From Octopus sinensis (lineage: Eukaryota), in assembly GCF_006345805.1 (NCBI RefSeq), contig NC_043019.1, forward strand, positions 18,599,360 through 18,663,359: a DNA stretch of 64,000 bases, in the 5' to 3' direction. The notes beneath the pieces are model-generated. The model saw only the letters and a list, made by a program, of their open reading frames with translations, was not told the DNA's origin and searched no databases. Shown here piece by piece: positions 51,684-64,000 of this stretch. Numbering within the stretch: position 1 is the first letter of the stretch; every line of letters starts with the position of its first letter. A program made the translations under genes and the position numbers.

Positions 51684-53234
51684 GTGAGTTAATACTTTTG
51701 GTTTTATTCCAGTTGTTACTATAAGTATTGGACAATTCAAATCCGTAATTTTGGCACGATCAATTGGCTAGATTTGTATTTATGGTCGCCGAAAAACCGT
51801 CGTTCGTTTCGCTCGTGTCTCGGCTGCTCCACTGATTGTGTGAAGCAGCGATTTCAAATGCGATTTTCAGACGTCTCGAACCTCTCTCTCCGTAGCCTTT
51901 CCCCGCAGTGTTTTATGTCTAGTATTGAGATATCACCGCCGTTGAAATATGTCCCTTCCTTGTAGAACTGGTCGAGAAAATCGCTTCTCAAAACTCAGTT
52001 TCATTTTGTTACCGTTGGACACATGGCTGGCTGTTTATTGAGGAAATCTATGTCGCAGAAGAAACACATGTGTGGCACGGAGGAGGTTGGCAGCGAGCGA
52101 CCACACTGGCTCCTGCACACGTTCGGTTGTTGGATCGAAATGCTTAAGGATTTCATCAGTTTACATCCGAGCAGTGAATTTGTATTTTGACTCTGCTTCA
52201 TACCGAAATGGTCACCGAGTCTGTCCGTTCGCAGCAAGGACCGATCAGAAACTCGGTTTCTATTTTCTCATTCTAACATTTTAAGGGAAAACAAGTGAAA
52301 GAAAAACTTTTTAAAAATAAATCGTCAGTTTAGGTCAGATTGCTTTTCTCTGAATTCGAAGCTGATTATTCGCTCCTCGGATTATTTTCTCTGTTTGATT
52401 GTAGAGAGAGAAACTCTTTGATTCGAACAAATAAACTTCTCTGTATTAATCGAGAATTCCTCTCCAACAATTCCTTTCTCCTCCTCTACGCACATTCGTA
52501 CACTTTAGCAGTTCAAATTCCGAATAGCTAATCTGACCGTTGCAGGGTTTGAGTTAGTTGAGCGCCAAAGTCCTCACTTCGGTTGCAATCAAGCTTTATA
52601 CAAAAAATACCATTAAAATGAGATTCCAGAAAGCGAAATCTAAGATCGTAATCTGTATAATTCAAAACGAGTGATGAGTCCTCAACTCTACGATCTTTGT
52701 TTCGATCGTCACTGACTCCAAAACCGAATCTCCTTTGAGACTTCGATTGACATTCGCCGGTCACCCCCCGGCCAAGCTCTCTCATGTATACCTATTTCTT
52801 TACTACCCACCAGGGGCTAAACACAGAGGGGACAAACGGATTACATCGACCCTAGTGCGTAACTGGTATTTAATTTATCGACCCCGAAAGGCTGAAAGGC
52901 AAAGTCGACCTCGGCGGAATTTGAACTCAGCAGGCGAAATACGGCTCCGCATTTCGCCCGGTTTGCTAACCATTCTGCCACCTCGCCCCCATTTATACTC
53001 CTTTATCTGGTCACTGTTTATTGTCTTTAGGCATTTAAAAGACGATTTTTCTTTACTCATTAACTGATATATATATATTTAGAAATGCGTGTATTATACG
53101 CATGTGTAAAAGACACACATCGAATTAGTTTCATAAGCTCTCCAAAACTGCGCCTTCGCCTATATAATAATAAGATTATATGAATTACTCGTGTATTTTC
53201 TGTTTCTTCTTGTTTATGTAATTAACTCTCTCTC

Positions 53235-53281
<47 letters not shown>

Positions 53282-53325
53282 CCTCCTAGCGTGAGACGTC
53301 TATGTGTAATACTGCCCTCTATATA

Positions 53326-53360
<35 letters not shown>

Positions 53361-56300
53361 TTTCGTCTAAATATATGAGCATGTGCATATATATATATAT
53401 ATATATATATGCTTCCGTACATGCAGGCATATATAGTTAATTCTTTTTTGAAACAGTGGCTATCGAAGCACATAAGATTATAAATAATGTGTGAATATTC
53501 GGTTGAAGAACCTTTTGCTAGCCTTCGGGCCCTTTCATCCAACCAAACACAAATGCACAAACGTCTGAAATTCTTCATACTTTCCGCCGCTCATTTCTTT
53601 CTCTTATTTTCTTCTTTCAACACTCATCTTACACACAATGTCAGTGCCTCGTTAATCTCTCTTAATCCCACTTAACATTTCTTCCTGTTTGGTTTTCAAA
53701 AAAAAAAAAAATGTTGTGAGGGGGGAGTATTTTCCCCGAATAACCCCAGAGACTTGTCTCCTGTCTAAGAGTTGCTCGCTTTTATTCAAAATAAAAGCAT
53801 TTATACATATAATTTGATTGGAAATATAACCTGAATGGTTGCGGCTACAAAACTTTTGGTAGCTTGTCTCGTATTTCACTCGCATTACTACATTTTGGCG
53901 GGATATTTTTGAATTTACCGCACATCATATATTACACATACATATCAGTATATTTATGTATGTGTGTATATTCCTTTGTAAAACGGCGTGAATGGAGAGA
54001 GCGTAGCTTTGTGAGGTCCTTTTAGTGCTGGTGCCATGGGTAAATATATCATTTTGGCGATGGGACGAGCACCCAGCTGTAGAAGCTCAGCCTTAAATGA
54101 CACATTCAAGCACCAATCTCTGAACAGTAAATCCCAAAATAAGAACTCGGATCGTGGCGACCCGTCTAACCCATGCCAGTATTTAAAGACAGACATGAAA
54201 TGATGTGTGTATTTGCTGGTCAAATAACATCTGGGGTGGCTGTCTACATTTGAGCATCCCAGTGAACAATGGCATTGCACTGGTGGTAACCTCTTTTAAG
54301 GTTTTGGGCTTGTATCTGGGATTACGGTGTCCCGGCGATTTGGCTTCTATTTCCAGCAGCTCTAACGACCATAAAATTTTTCCCTTATTGGATCTTATGT
54401 CGCAATGATGCGTGCGAGGGATGCGTTTAGTTCCACAACATGGGAAAATGCATGAAGGTTGTCCAGGTAACTTCTCGTTGAAATCCATAGATTTCAACTC
54501 GACAAAATTAATAACATTCCGATTTCTTTAAGTGGTACCAATCTGTTGTGAATGGAGTCGGGCAGTTCCGAGTTTCAATTAAAACCTACAACACTTCACT
54601 TACGTTGCCTCTTTAATTCATCATTCGAAAAGTAGGAAGAATAAATGTCGCCTAATCACTAGCGTAGTTGAGAAAGGGTCGGCCCTTTTAAAGGGGCACA
54701 ACTTGGGGTCTGCTGTAGGCAATATGTGGTTTTTGTGGGCTCCGGGGGAAAGAAAACGGAAGGCTACGCTAGTGTGATTTACTCTCGTTCTTTCTCCGTT
54801 TCTTAGCCTAAAAACTTGTGACTTGTCGGGTCTCGAGTCGAATGCATATTTAAATCTCTTTTGATGTCTCCGTCTCACTTCAAATTCCATTCGGACACTG
54901 AATAAAATCAATTTTATCGTTTGTTTTGGGCTGTTAGATTTCCGCCAAATTTCCTCCTCGTCTCTCCCATCTGAAAATGCCGCACCCTACCGTCTTAAAT
55001 GGTGGGTGGATGCGTACGCTGGAGAATGTAGTTGTAGGGTCTACCACTGTTTGGAACAAAAATACGAAATGGTCACATCTGCAGGGTCTGCCAGAACATA
55101 GATGGGATGCTAAACAACAACAATTAAAGCTGATGGCATTTTTCTTGTAATGAACAGTATCTTGTCAAGTTGGTAGTGGAATCCCCCTGGCCCTCGTTCG
55201 ATTAGTGCGATCCGATCTTCTTTCCATTGAACTTTGTCCTTTGTAGCTTTTGTTGTTTTCTGGGTCAGCTATTATCAAATGACGTCAGGCTGTGAATTTG
55301 CAGATATTTGGTTGGTATTTCTTGTGGCTAGAACGACCACGTAGACGAATCTTCATTGGTTCGTGTTCTGAAGGAAGCTCTTTCTTTGAGGGATTCGCCC
55401 TTTACCCCAACCCCCTTGCCAAGAATCTAGACTAGCCACGTACCCAGCAAATACACTTGTTATTCTTGCTGTCTCCCCTACTTGTGCTGGGTGGCTTGTA
55501 GTAGTAGTAGTAGTAGCAGTGAGGTGTTGAAGAAAAGCCCGTCTTCCACTGCTCTGCTACGCTTTCTCAGTATCTCCCTTCATTGCAAGCTAAAAAGGGT
55601 GGGTGCCTTTACGCGACCCCGCGTTCCTCAGAGCCCATCAAGTCTAGTCGAGCGGTCCTATAATCAGAGGACTTCCACCTGAGTGCAGGATGTGGTATGA
55701 GGAGGGCGATGTTGTTACGATTTCTAACAAATAGAATTACATAGAGTCTTCTTGAGCGCATGACAACTGGTCAACTGGCCGAGACAGAATCTCAGCTGCT
55801 GGCTCACTGATGGTGGAAAGCTCTAAAACACAGGATATTGGATAGATTCTTTCTCTCACCCCCAACAGAAATGGGTTTGTATACATACATAAGGGGTGAA
55901 AATAGGTGTATCGAATAAAATTGAAATGCGTCCAGACGGATAAAAATTAGCAGGAGGCCGGTACTGGAATCGATTAAAATCTCTGTGACCTCTCACTGTT
56001 CCAGTGTGTACACTCAAAGAGTACATCTACTACAAGCAAGTACAATTCCATTGTATTTTGTTAATGTCTAGAAAGTTGATTTCATTCTGGAAAATGAATA
56101 TATTAAACCAACTTCAAATTTTAGCAGGAGTAATCGATCCAGTATTTTAATGGTACTTTCTTTTATCGACCCGGAGAGGATGAAAGACAAAGTATAGGGC
56201 TGGAAAAAGAAATATGTATTTTGTCCAACTCACCACCCTAAAAGGGTTTAATTAATAATCTTTTTTTTTTAAATTCTCCTGTGCAAGTTATGTTAACTGT

Positions 56301-57947
56301 TTAAAACGTACCCAGTTTTCTTTCAAACAATGAACTCGACAATACATTTTCGCCATCTTTCAACATTTGCATGCTACCATGTATAATATTTCATCTCCGA
56401 TTCGCTCCGCTAACGTTTATTGTATTACATTTTATTGAGCGAACGGTAAGCTGCCCAGTGGTTAGATATAAAGTTTGCTAGTGTTCGAATCCAACTGGAA
56501 CTTGGTACACATCTTGGAATGTGGGGAAAACCGATTGAAATGTAATGGAAACATTTTTCATCTGTAACGGTCGAGAAGCTGGTCAAATTTTGTAAGCTAG
56601 GTATTTGCCTAACTAGCCAACGGGTTATATATATATATAACACAAAATTTGGCAACTGTAAGTAGCAAAGGAGCGGCTAATTTTTCGTACAAGTTGACTG
56701 CTAGCGAGAAACCACTTGTCTTGCTAGTGTGAGAAGTAAGGGAACCTATCTCTCTTTCTATCTCTCTATCCACCATGCACAGCTTTTCTTTTCTTTTCTC
56801 TTTTTTTGACTGCTGATGTTATGAAGAAATGAATCGGCTGGCAGCAAGCAGCCTTCAACTTCCCACGTTTCCTAATTTTTCTTTATTTCTCTTTTGATGC
56901 TTCAGTTTTTACTCGATGTTGTTCAAAGCGAATTCTTTCATTTCTGCTGATTTCGTTCCATCGTTGTGTAACGCGTGCGTCATTTCGACAAACACAGAGT
57001 TGCCCCTGTCGCCTTCTGAATGTGACCCGTAGCTAAAGCCATTCTGATCGTGACCTCAAATTTGGTGGACCTTTATTTCAGATGGGATGGTCACTACTCC
57101 ATTTAGGACTTTATTATTATTTATCCTTTTTGTTTGTTTTTACGACTGCGGTGTGATTTGAGGGAGGTTTGGTTGCAGTTTCTAGCACGTTGAGCGCATA
57201 AGTCGCCTTCGTTCATCCGATAAATTCTGAATAGGTTTCTGTTTATAATTCCAGTCAGTGTCCGTCACCATTGTTTCGCTTCAGATCCAGTCTTTTTAGG
57301 CAGCTGGTGCCTTCCCTTGTTATAAATGACGGTGGATATGGTGTGAAGGACATTGCAGAGTTGGCTGCTATGTCTAGCTTTATCGGCGGCGGTGGTGGTT
57401 ATTGCGCTGTGAGCGACTGTGTTTGTTGTTCACTGGGAGTTCCACTGGTGTTTGTGTCTTCTTTATTATCGGCAGGATAATAAAATGGCAACGAAACCTG
57501 GTCGCTTGCTGTTGATTAGAAACGCAAGACGGCGCGGGTGATGGTGATATTTGTTGCTGTTGATAAGCTCTGATGGAGCAAGGATAAATGTTGAAAGGCT
57601 TTTTGCTGTGACACCATACACGCTCAGGATCACATCGAATATGGTTAAGAAGAGATTTGGCTGCTGTTTCTAGCATGTCAAGTGACCGGTTGAAGTCTTT
57701 GTGGGTGGTATAGCAATAATAGTGCTTTTGTGATCGGTGGAGATGTAGTTATTGTTACCTTGCCCCAAGTCGGTTCTGATTGAGTAGGTCACTGGTGAAA
57801 AATGTTCCATCCATGACTATCCCATCTTATTTCAAACAAAGTATCCAGGATTATATTCCAAGATTTCCTTCCTTTAAGATTATAGGGAGTGATTTGGCTT
57901 TTATTTCTAGCAAGTCGAGTTACCTTGGTTATTAGCATTGCTTAATC

Positions 57948-58123
57948 CAGGGGTGGGCAAACTACGGCCCGCCGAGAGCTTTTATGAATCCCAACTTCTA
58001 TGCAGATACTTCGTAACTGTACGGTAATTCACAATATTTTCACTTGATTTTTATAAATGAGGCCCGCCAAGGTTCCAAAGACGCACTGTGCGGCCCGCGA
58101 TCAAAAAAGTTTGCCCACCCCTG
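57948..58123. mobile_element. hAT-type MITE (176 bp) with 8-bp TSD
   Basis: Perfect 16-bp TIRs CAGGGGTGGGCAAACT/AGTTTGCCCACCCCTG. TSD GCTTAATC at 57940-57947 and 58124-58131. Confidence 0.93.
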
Positions 58124-59779
58124 GCTTAATCCATAAAGCTGATCTCAGACTAAACAGTCGGGGGTCTAGTTTCAGTTACATTTGTCAATCTGCAGTTATT
58201 TTTTCAACTCTTATTCTGTGTAGACCTATAACGAAAGGCATTCCAGGTGCCCAAGATGATGATGTGTGATTTGGCTGCTATTTCTGACTGCATGGTAGAC
58301 CATGTAGATAGGTACTCTCAGATTGTTTCAGTGTCTATCAGAAACTACTGAAATGCAATTGCGATACCTGAAAGAGACTTTTATTTAATTTATCGGTATT
58401 TACTTAGTAACCGTTTACCAGTGTTTACTTGGTAAACGTTTCTTTTTCTTCTTTGTAACTTATATTCGTATCAATTACTCGGGTCTGCTCGGCTCTCTCC
58501 TGTTTAGTAAAATGCTTTGTGGGTTATGGCTTGTATGAGAAATAAATCTGGCTTGTGTTCAGGACCAGACACAATCAAAACACCTTCTTACACTTGGTGC
58601 ACAACATCAGTCTCTTTCAGGTATCGTAATTGCATTTCTTTCGGCCACTCTTGTTTCGGTCTCGTCTTAATTTTATTGGTCTCTGTTCTTTGTTTCTGTC
58701 ATAGAGGAACACAGGTCACCACTACCACATCATCATCGTTTTAAGGATCCGTTTCTATGCTTACATGGGTCAGACAGAATTTAAGGATCAGATATTCTAC
58801 AATGGAATGTCCTTCCTGTCACCAATCCAGACATGGTTTTGGGAATGAATGACAATTAAAATTGCATGACAAGGAGACCTAAACATGTGCCCTGATGCCC
58901 TGCAGTAAGAACTGAACCCGAAAACCATATGGTTGAGAAGCAACCTTTTTAACCACACAGCCACATCTGTGCCTGGATAGATTTCAAGGAGCGCTGGCAT
59001 GGGTTGGATGGTTTGCCTGAGAGCTGGCAAGCCAGAAGGCTGCACCCGGTCCCAACTTTGCCAGAATGGATTGGGGCCTGGTGCAGCCTTCTGGCTTGCC
59101 AGCATGGGGAGTGGACGTTTAACGACGACGATGATGATGATGCTGACAGTTGATTGAATACACTACTTAATTGCTATTCATTGTTTTTCCTCCCTCCTAA
59201 AAAATTTGAGCAAGAGAGAAAAGGGGGGTGCAGGTGGCATTAAGCCCTTTTTTTTTTCTTTTTTTTTCTTAGTGCCCAAGATCTTTGCAGCCCCTCTTCG
59301 TCAAGTAAGGTTGATGTAGATGATATTTAATTTTGAATTTCTGTGAAAAATGTGGGCAAGGAGAGATTCAGGGTTTCTGCTTCAAAGACTTGTAACAAAC
59401 ACAGCCAACCATGCTTGTTAAGAGGGATATTGCCCTTGCTTTCTGTTCCCTAATTTTTCTGGGATAGTGTAGATTGGGGTGTTCAGCTTTGGTGAAATAT
59501 TTCTTGTATAGTCCAGTGGGGGTGAGGATTGTGTGTTAAATGAAGCCCCCCTCATTCACTTACCATTCCTCTGGCTTACTAACCAGTGATGGAATTGTTT
59601 TTCACTTCAGTAGTTTCTTGTTTCGGCTCAAGGCCATTTATGTAAACAACATGTAATTTATATCCAATCCAGTCCATGCATCATTGTCCAGTCCATGTTT
59701 GCATGGATTGAGCCAGTCTTTTCTGCAGCATCTTCATTTTGAGATCAGTTTTTACCACTTCTGCATCTTCTTTTCCATA

Positions 59780-60400
59780 GTATCTCAAATCAGGACCGTG
59801 GTATTTTCACTTTTGGCCAAGGTTCACATTTTGTAGTTTTGTTGCCAGTGCCCATCCTCTGCAGCCTTTTACCAGGTTTTTAGCTTCCTTGTCCATACTT
59901 GGTCAGTATACGAAACTTTGCATCAGCGCTTTCATTCTAGAGATACCTGGGTGTCCCACATGGAACTCTTTTAGCATTCTCTTCTGTAATGTCTGTGGTA
60001 TGGCCACCCTCTGAGTGTACCATAACGTATAGAGTACACACTCACATCTTGGCAGTTCTTTGCATCAGACCTTCCTTTATTTCCTTTTGTTGGCCAGTTT
60101 TCTTTTTGTCTCATTAATAAATTTGTCATTTCTCACTTTTCTTTTTATTTCTTCCAAAGTTACTAATAGCTCATACCTGATGTTCCACATCCCCTTGTTT
60201 CCACTCTTAATTACGGTGTCCTCCTCCAGTGGTGCATTATTTCTTGAAATTAACCTAGACAAACAACCGGCATGCCCCAACTTCTTTGAAAGTAGATTTT
60301 CCATTCTAGAATCATCGTTTAATAGAAAGGTACCCCACCGCTGCAGTCTGCCGCATCCTCATTATCATGGCTACCCCACTTCGTATGACCTTCTTCTATT
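59780..60400 (-). pseudogene. Decayed Ty3/Gypsy pol fragment (end of RNase H to integrase zinc-binding region)
   Basis: RLQRWGTFLL...KKLGHAGCLSRLI (ORF 60077-60304), then RVAIPQTLQKRMLKEFHVGHPGISRMKALMQSFVY*PSMDKE..NLVKGC...EPWPK. Confidence 0.88.
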
Positions 60401-61749
60401 ATGATTCCTTTCTCTTGGTTTTTAATTCCTGTATCTGCATCCAGAAGATTATTTATATAACACTTTCCATTAGGATTTAGAGTTTTTGTGTGTCTCTTTA
60501 CACACCTTTAGGATTAAGGCTGTCAAGAATCCTATGATTCAAGGCCAGAGCTTAAACTGGTTTTTGCATGACACTTCTGATTGGATCACCAGCACATCAC
60601 ACTCACACACATTTACCCTTCTTTATTAAACTCCTGCGTAAGCTATGACTCTTTTACCTGAGTTTTAAATTCCTGTGTCTGCATTTGAAATATATAACAG
60701 TATCTGTTAGGCTTCTTTGAGTGGAAGACTGGCCACAGTGAAGAGATGGGCAGTGGCCAAGTGGGTGAGCTTAGTAAACCCTCCCTTGTGGCAGTTTTTC
60801 TTCCTTTGTTTCTGCATAAAGGCTTTTGAGAAAGACATGAACATCATTGAATTTCAATTCTTTTTCATCTGTATATCTGCAGTTCTGGTGCTTATTGAGA
60901 AATCATAAATCAATAAATAAAATTTGTATATTCACTGCCTTCCTTTTCAACATTGTTTTCCAAGCTGTTGTCAAATACATGATTGGGCTACAAGCAATTA
61001 GTCAAAAAGAAACAATCCCCCCTCCCCACCCCCACACTAATATATCTGTTGCTTTGTCAATGTGGGTGCTGTATGCTCCTAGTTGTGTCACCGTTTCATT
61101 TCATTAGCATTACCAGAAAGGTAAGGTAGGCATGCTTATAAAATCAGTATTATCATGTCACTGCCATTCTCTTCTCATCTCTCTCATGCAGTTGCTCGAC
61201 TTGCTGGAATTAGCAACCAAGTCTCCCTCACATTTTATCCTACTATCTTAAAAAACCAAAGTATATACATCAAGTAATGTTGTCTTGTTATTGAGAAGCA
61301 GTAGGGATGGTCATAAATGGAATGTCTTTGACCGTAGGTCTACTCAATCAGAGCTGACCAGAATAAATGGCAACACTGCAATGAAAACTTAACTTGTGGC
61401 AACACCAAATTTGAAATTCCTACCTCCACATTCAAACTTTGTCTAGTTTTAATTAACACTTAAATTAGTGAGAAATCTTTAGATATCAGACTTGATGTTT
61501 TTAAGCATGGCATGAAAGCTCTTAGATAAACCCAAGCGCTAAAGATGGAACATGTTAACAAACTCAAACGAGCAAGTGTGTGGATGCTGCTTTCCAGCTG
61601 CCCTTCCATTGTTTGGAATGGCGTGCAATGGTGCCTACCTCAATGGTATGCTAGAACTTTTAGTAGCAATATTGTGCTGCGAAGACCCAATAATGGCAAC
61701 TGAGATACAGGAGTAGTTGTGTTTGGACATACACCATGCTTATTTACCC

Positions 61750-62080
61750 CTCCCTTGGCAAGTATCTATCCCAACTGGGAACATTACCAGTTATGGGATG
61801 TGTGGTGTCTTGCTAAGGAAGCATTATTGGCACTTTCCAGTTCATAACTCTATTCATGCAGAGTCTAATATTTTGGTAAAGATCCTTTCAAGGAGGTTAG
61901 CTTTTGTTATCAATAGTGTGGTCAGGAACGTGCTGGTTGTATGACTCACAGCAGATACATCCATCATAGAGAGAGTTGGGGGTGAATGATAGACTTTGTT
62001 TTGAAGACTGACCCACTTGGATTAATCAAAAGCTTTTGGCAGGGTTTAACCAGTGGTTCTCTGTGCATCCAGTTTTTATC
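61750..62080 (+). pseudogene. Degenerate L1/Tx1-like LINE RT N-terminal fragment
   Basis: AESNILVKILSRRLAFVINSVV, followed after frameshifts by an LD*SKAFGRV (LDxxKAFDRV-like) motif. Confidence 0.55.
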
Positions 62081-63237
62081 CAATTTTCAGAAGGTGAATT
62101 ACTTCAGTTTACATCATCATCATTTCAGTGGTGAGGCCAATTGGCCACCTGTTGGAATTGCTTTACAGGCATACTTTGTCCAAACAAAGGAAATGATTGA
62201 CTCCGTGAGACCCTACAATTACTACCTATTGCCTCTGCTCTATGGTCATTTCCATGTCAAATCACCTTGAGGGTCCGAGCTCACCTCCCCATACTAGCTT
62301 CTAAGTATTAGTTCAATATCTTTGATACTTTTGAAATTGCAGGCCTCTTTAATATTGACTAATGTTTACATTTTTTACTAAATGAGCCTCCCCAACCAAC
62401 TTAAGACAGTCGTCTCTCCTCTAATATGGCAAGCACAACTTTGAAATCCTGTGTTTGGCACTAACCTTTTCTGTAGAGTTCAAATATCTTATCAACTCCA
62501 GTGTATCTTGTATATTCTCCCATCTATAGGCCTCTGAAAATTGCCAAGAATTAAATGCACAGCAAATGTATGCCTCTTTTAGGTATATTCATCCCAATGG
62601 GTACACTAGATAAAGCAACCACAATTGTTTTCCAGTCATTTAGCATATAGCAGACCCTTTCTGAGCAGTAACCATGTTAGCTGCTATTAAGGGAATGTCA
62701 GAATAGTATTTTTAGAAATAAGTGTGATTTCAAAATTTCTCAAAATAATGCCCATTTTGATGTCCTTAGTTGACCATGTGGGCAGTTCACTACCATTTTC
62801 AAATTTTTACCATGCATTCTTATACTTCTGAAGATGATGTGACAGAAAATTTGGTGTTGTTGCTCAGATTCCTTTCAGAGTCGTGAATTTTTAGAAATTT
62901 TGTTGTCAGCGCTTTGTACACGGTCAACTTATTCATAAAGCATGGATACAACACAGCGCATTATCCATCAGTGATTTATTCAGTGTAGTATAAATAAACG
63001 TCTCTTAAATTAATGGGTTTTCATTGATTCAACAAATGGCAAACTACTACGGACGTAACCACGTTTTTACATGATAATGTACAGAGCCACACATCATAAA
63101 ACACGGATGTTAAACTTCTAGAATTCATAAAGAATTCAACATATATTTATTTAAAAACTTTTAGTGCCCAACTCAATAAATTGTGTTAAATATTTATAAA
63201 ACATACTTAGGTCCAACACAAATGTGAATCCTATTAA

Positions 63238-64000
63238 CCCTTTCGATACCAAATCGCCCAAAGCCGCCCGAATTTACCTATTCATATTTAAATGAGAATA
63301 TCAGAGCAAATCTCTTTAGTACATTCGTGAAAACACGTATTATATTTCGTAAACAGTTCAACTACAGTTTTGTACAACAATCGAAGTGTAATTTTAATTC
63401 CGTGAATTTTGGGAGATTTTTTTCTGAAATTTGTTCCTATTGTGTTTTCAAAATTTGTAATTCTGACAAAAAATGGATACGAATTTCATTATATCAAGCA
63501 GTGAGTCAGAATTCGAAGGATTTTCTACTGAAGACCTTCATAAATCTAACTCTATGACTGAAAAAAAAAAGCATGTGGTATTTGATAATGAATCTGATGT
63601 TTCATTTTCCGAAAGTGAAAACAGTGAATCCGAGAGCTCCGACAGCGATAAAGAAAATGAATTAGCACCTGAATGGAGTGAAAATTTAAAAACTGTTTTT
63701 TTCGGTGATTTTTCTGAAGAAACTGGACCAAGCCACAGACTTTCCCAGGAGAGTAAAGCCTTAGACTATTTATTTTTACTTTTTCGAATGAGCCTATTTG
63801 AAATCATTACAGCGGAAACGAACCGTTACGCTAAACGTAAACAAAGCGAAAGAAAGGATAGTTTGTTATTTCCCACAACCTTAAATAAAATTAAGGCCTA
63901 TTTTGCCATAAATATTATTATGGGTATCAGAAAGTTACCCAGAATAACAAATTCTATCGTAAAATTTTGTTGTATACCCAATTGAATATTAGCTAATAAC
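63238..64000 (+). mobile_element. piggyBac-family transposon, left end
   Basis: TTAA (63234-63237) followed by CCCTTTCGATACC, the diagnostic piggyBac terminus, upstream of a transposase-like ORF. Confidence 0.85.
63473..63985 (+). CDS. piggyBac transposase N-terminal region, truncated before the DDD catalytic domain
   Basis: Acidic Ser-rich N-terminus, then W...F.E.TGP, DY.FL.F...LFEII.AETNRYA and T...IKAYFAINIIMGI.KLP motifs. The stop at 63985 comes shortly after RKLPRI. Confidence 0.8.
   Translation: MDTNFIISSSESEFEGFSTEDLHKSNSMTEKKKHVVFDNESDVSFSESENSESESSDSDKENELAPEWSENLKTVFFGDFSEETGPSHRLSQESKALDYLFLLFRMSLFEIITAETNRYAKRKQSERKDSLLFPTTLNKIKAYFAINIIMGIRKLPRITNSIVKFCCIPN

Overview
Repeat-dense, AT-rich eukaryotic DNA. 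The SINE and RTE-tail families and the microsatellite load look like a coleoid cephalopod, most likely Octopus; this is inferred from recalled repeat families, not a search. Most of the window is intergenic or intronic. It holds a frameshifted CR1/Jockey-type LINE (1.7-4.9 kb, cut by a 100-N gap), Penelope-like GIY-YIG fragments, RTE and L1/Tx1 fragments, a decayed mariner, a decayed Ty3/Gypsy pol, a piggyBac 5' end, several MITE-like elements, and dozens of SINEs and microsatellites. Most ORF-track entries are microsatellite or SINE noise. No complete host gene is visible. The best host-gene signal is a CCAAT/YY1 promoter with a first coding exon (MSEENTSDVSQEE|gtgagt) at 51.6 kb, plus candidate minus-strand exons at 37.7, 33.8 and 16.7 kb. 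The most interesting observations are a minimal hammerhead ribozyme motif inside a roughly 490-bp inverted-repeat element (40.2-40.7 kb), a second hammerhead-like variant (39.0 kb), a candidate small secreted peptide or signal-peptide exon (37.5-37.7 kb), and a perfect 221-bp palindrome next to two MITE-like elements (48.3-49.5 kb).
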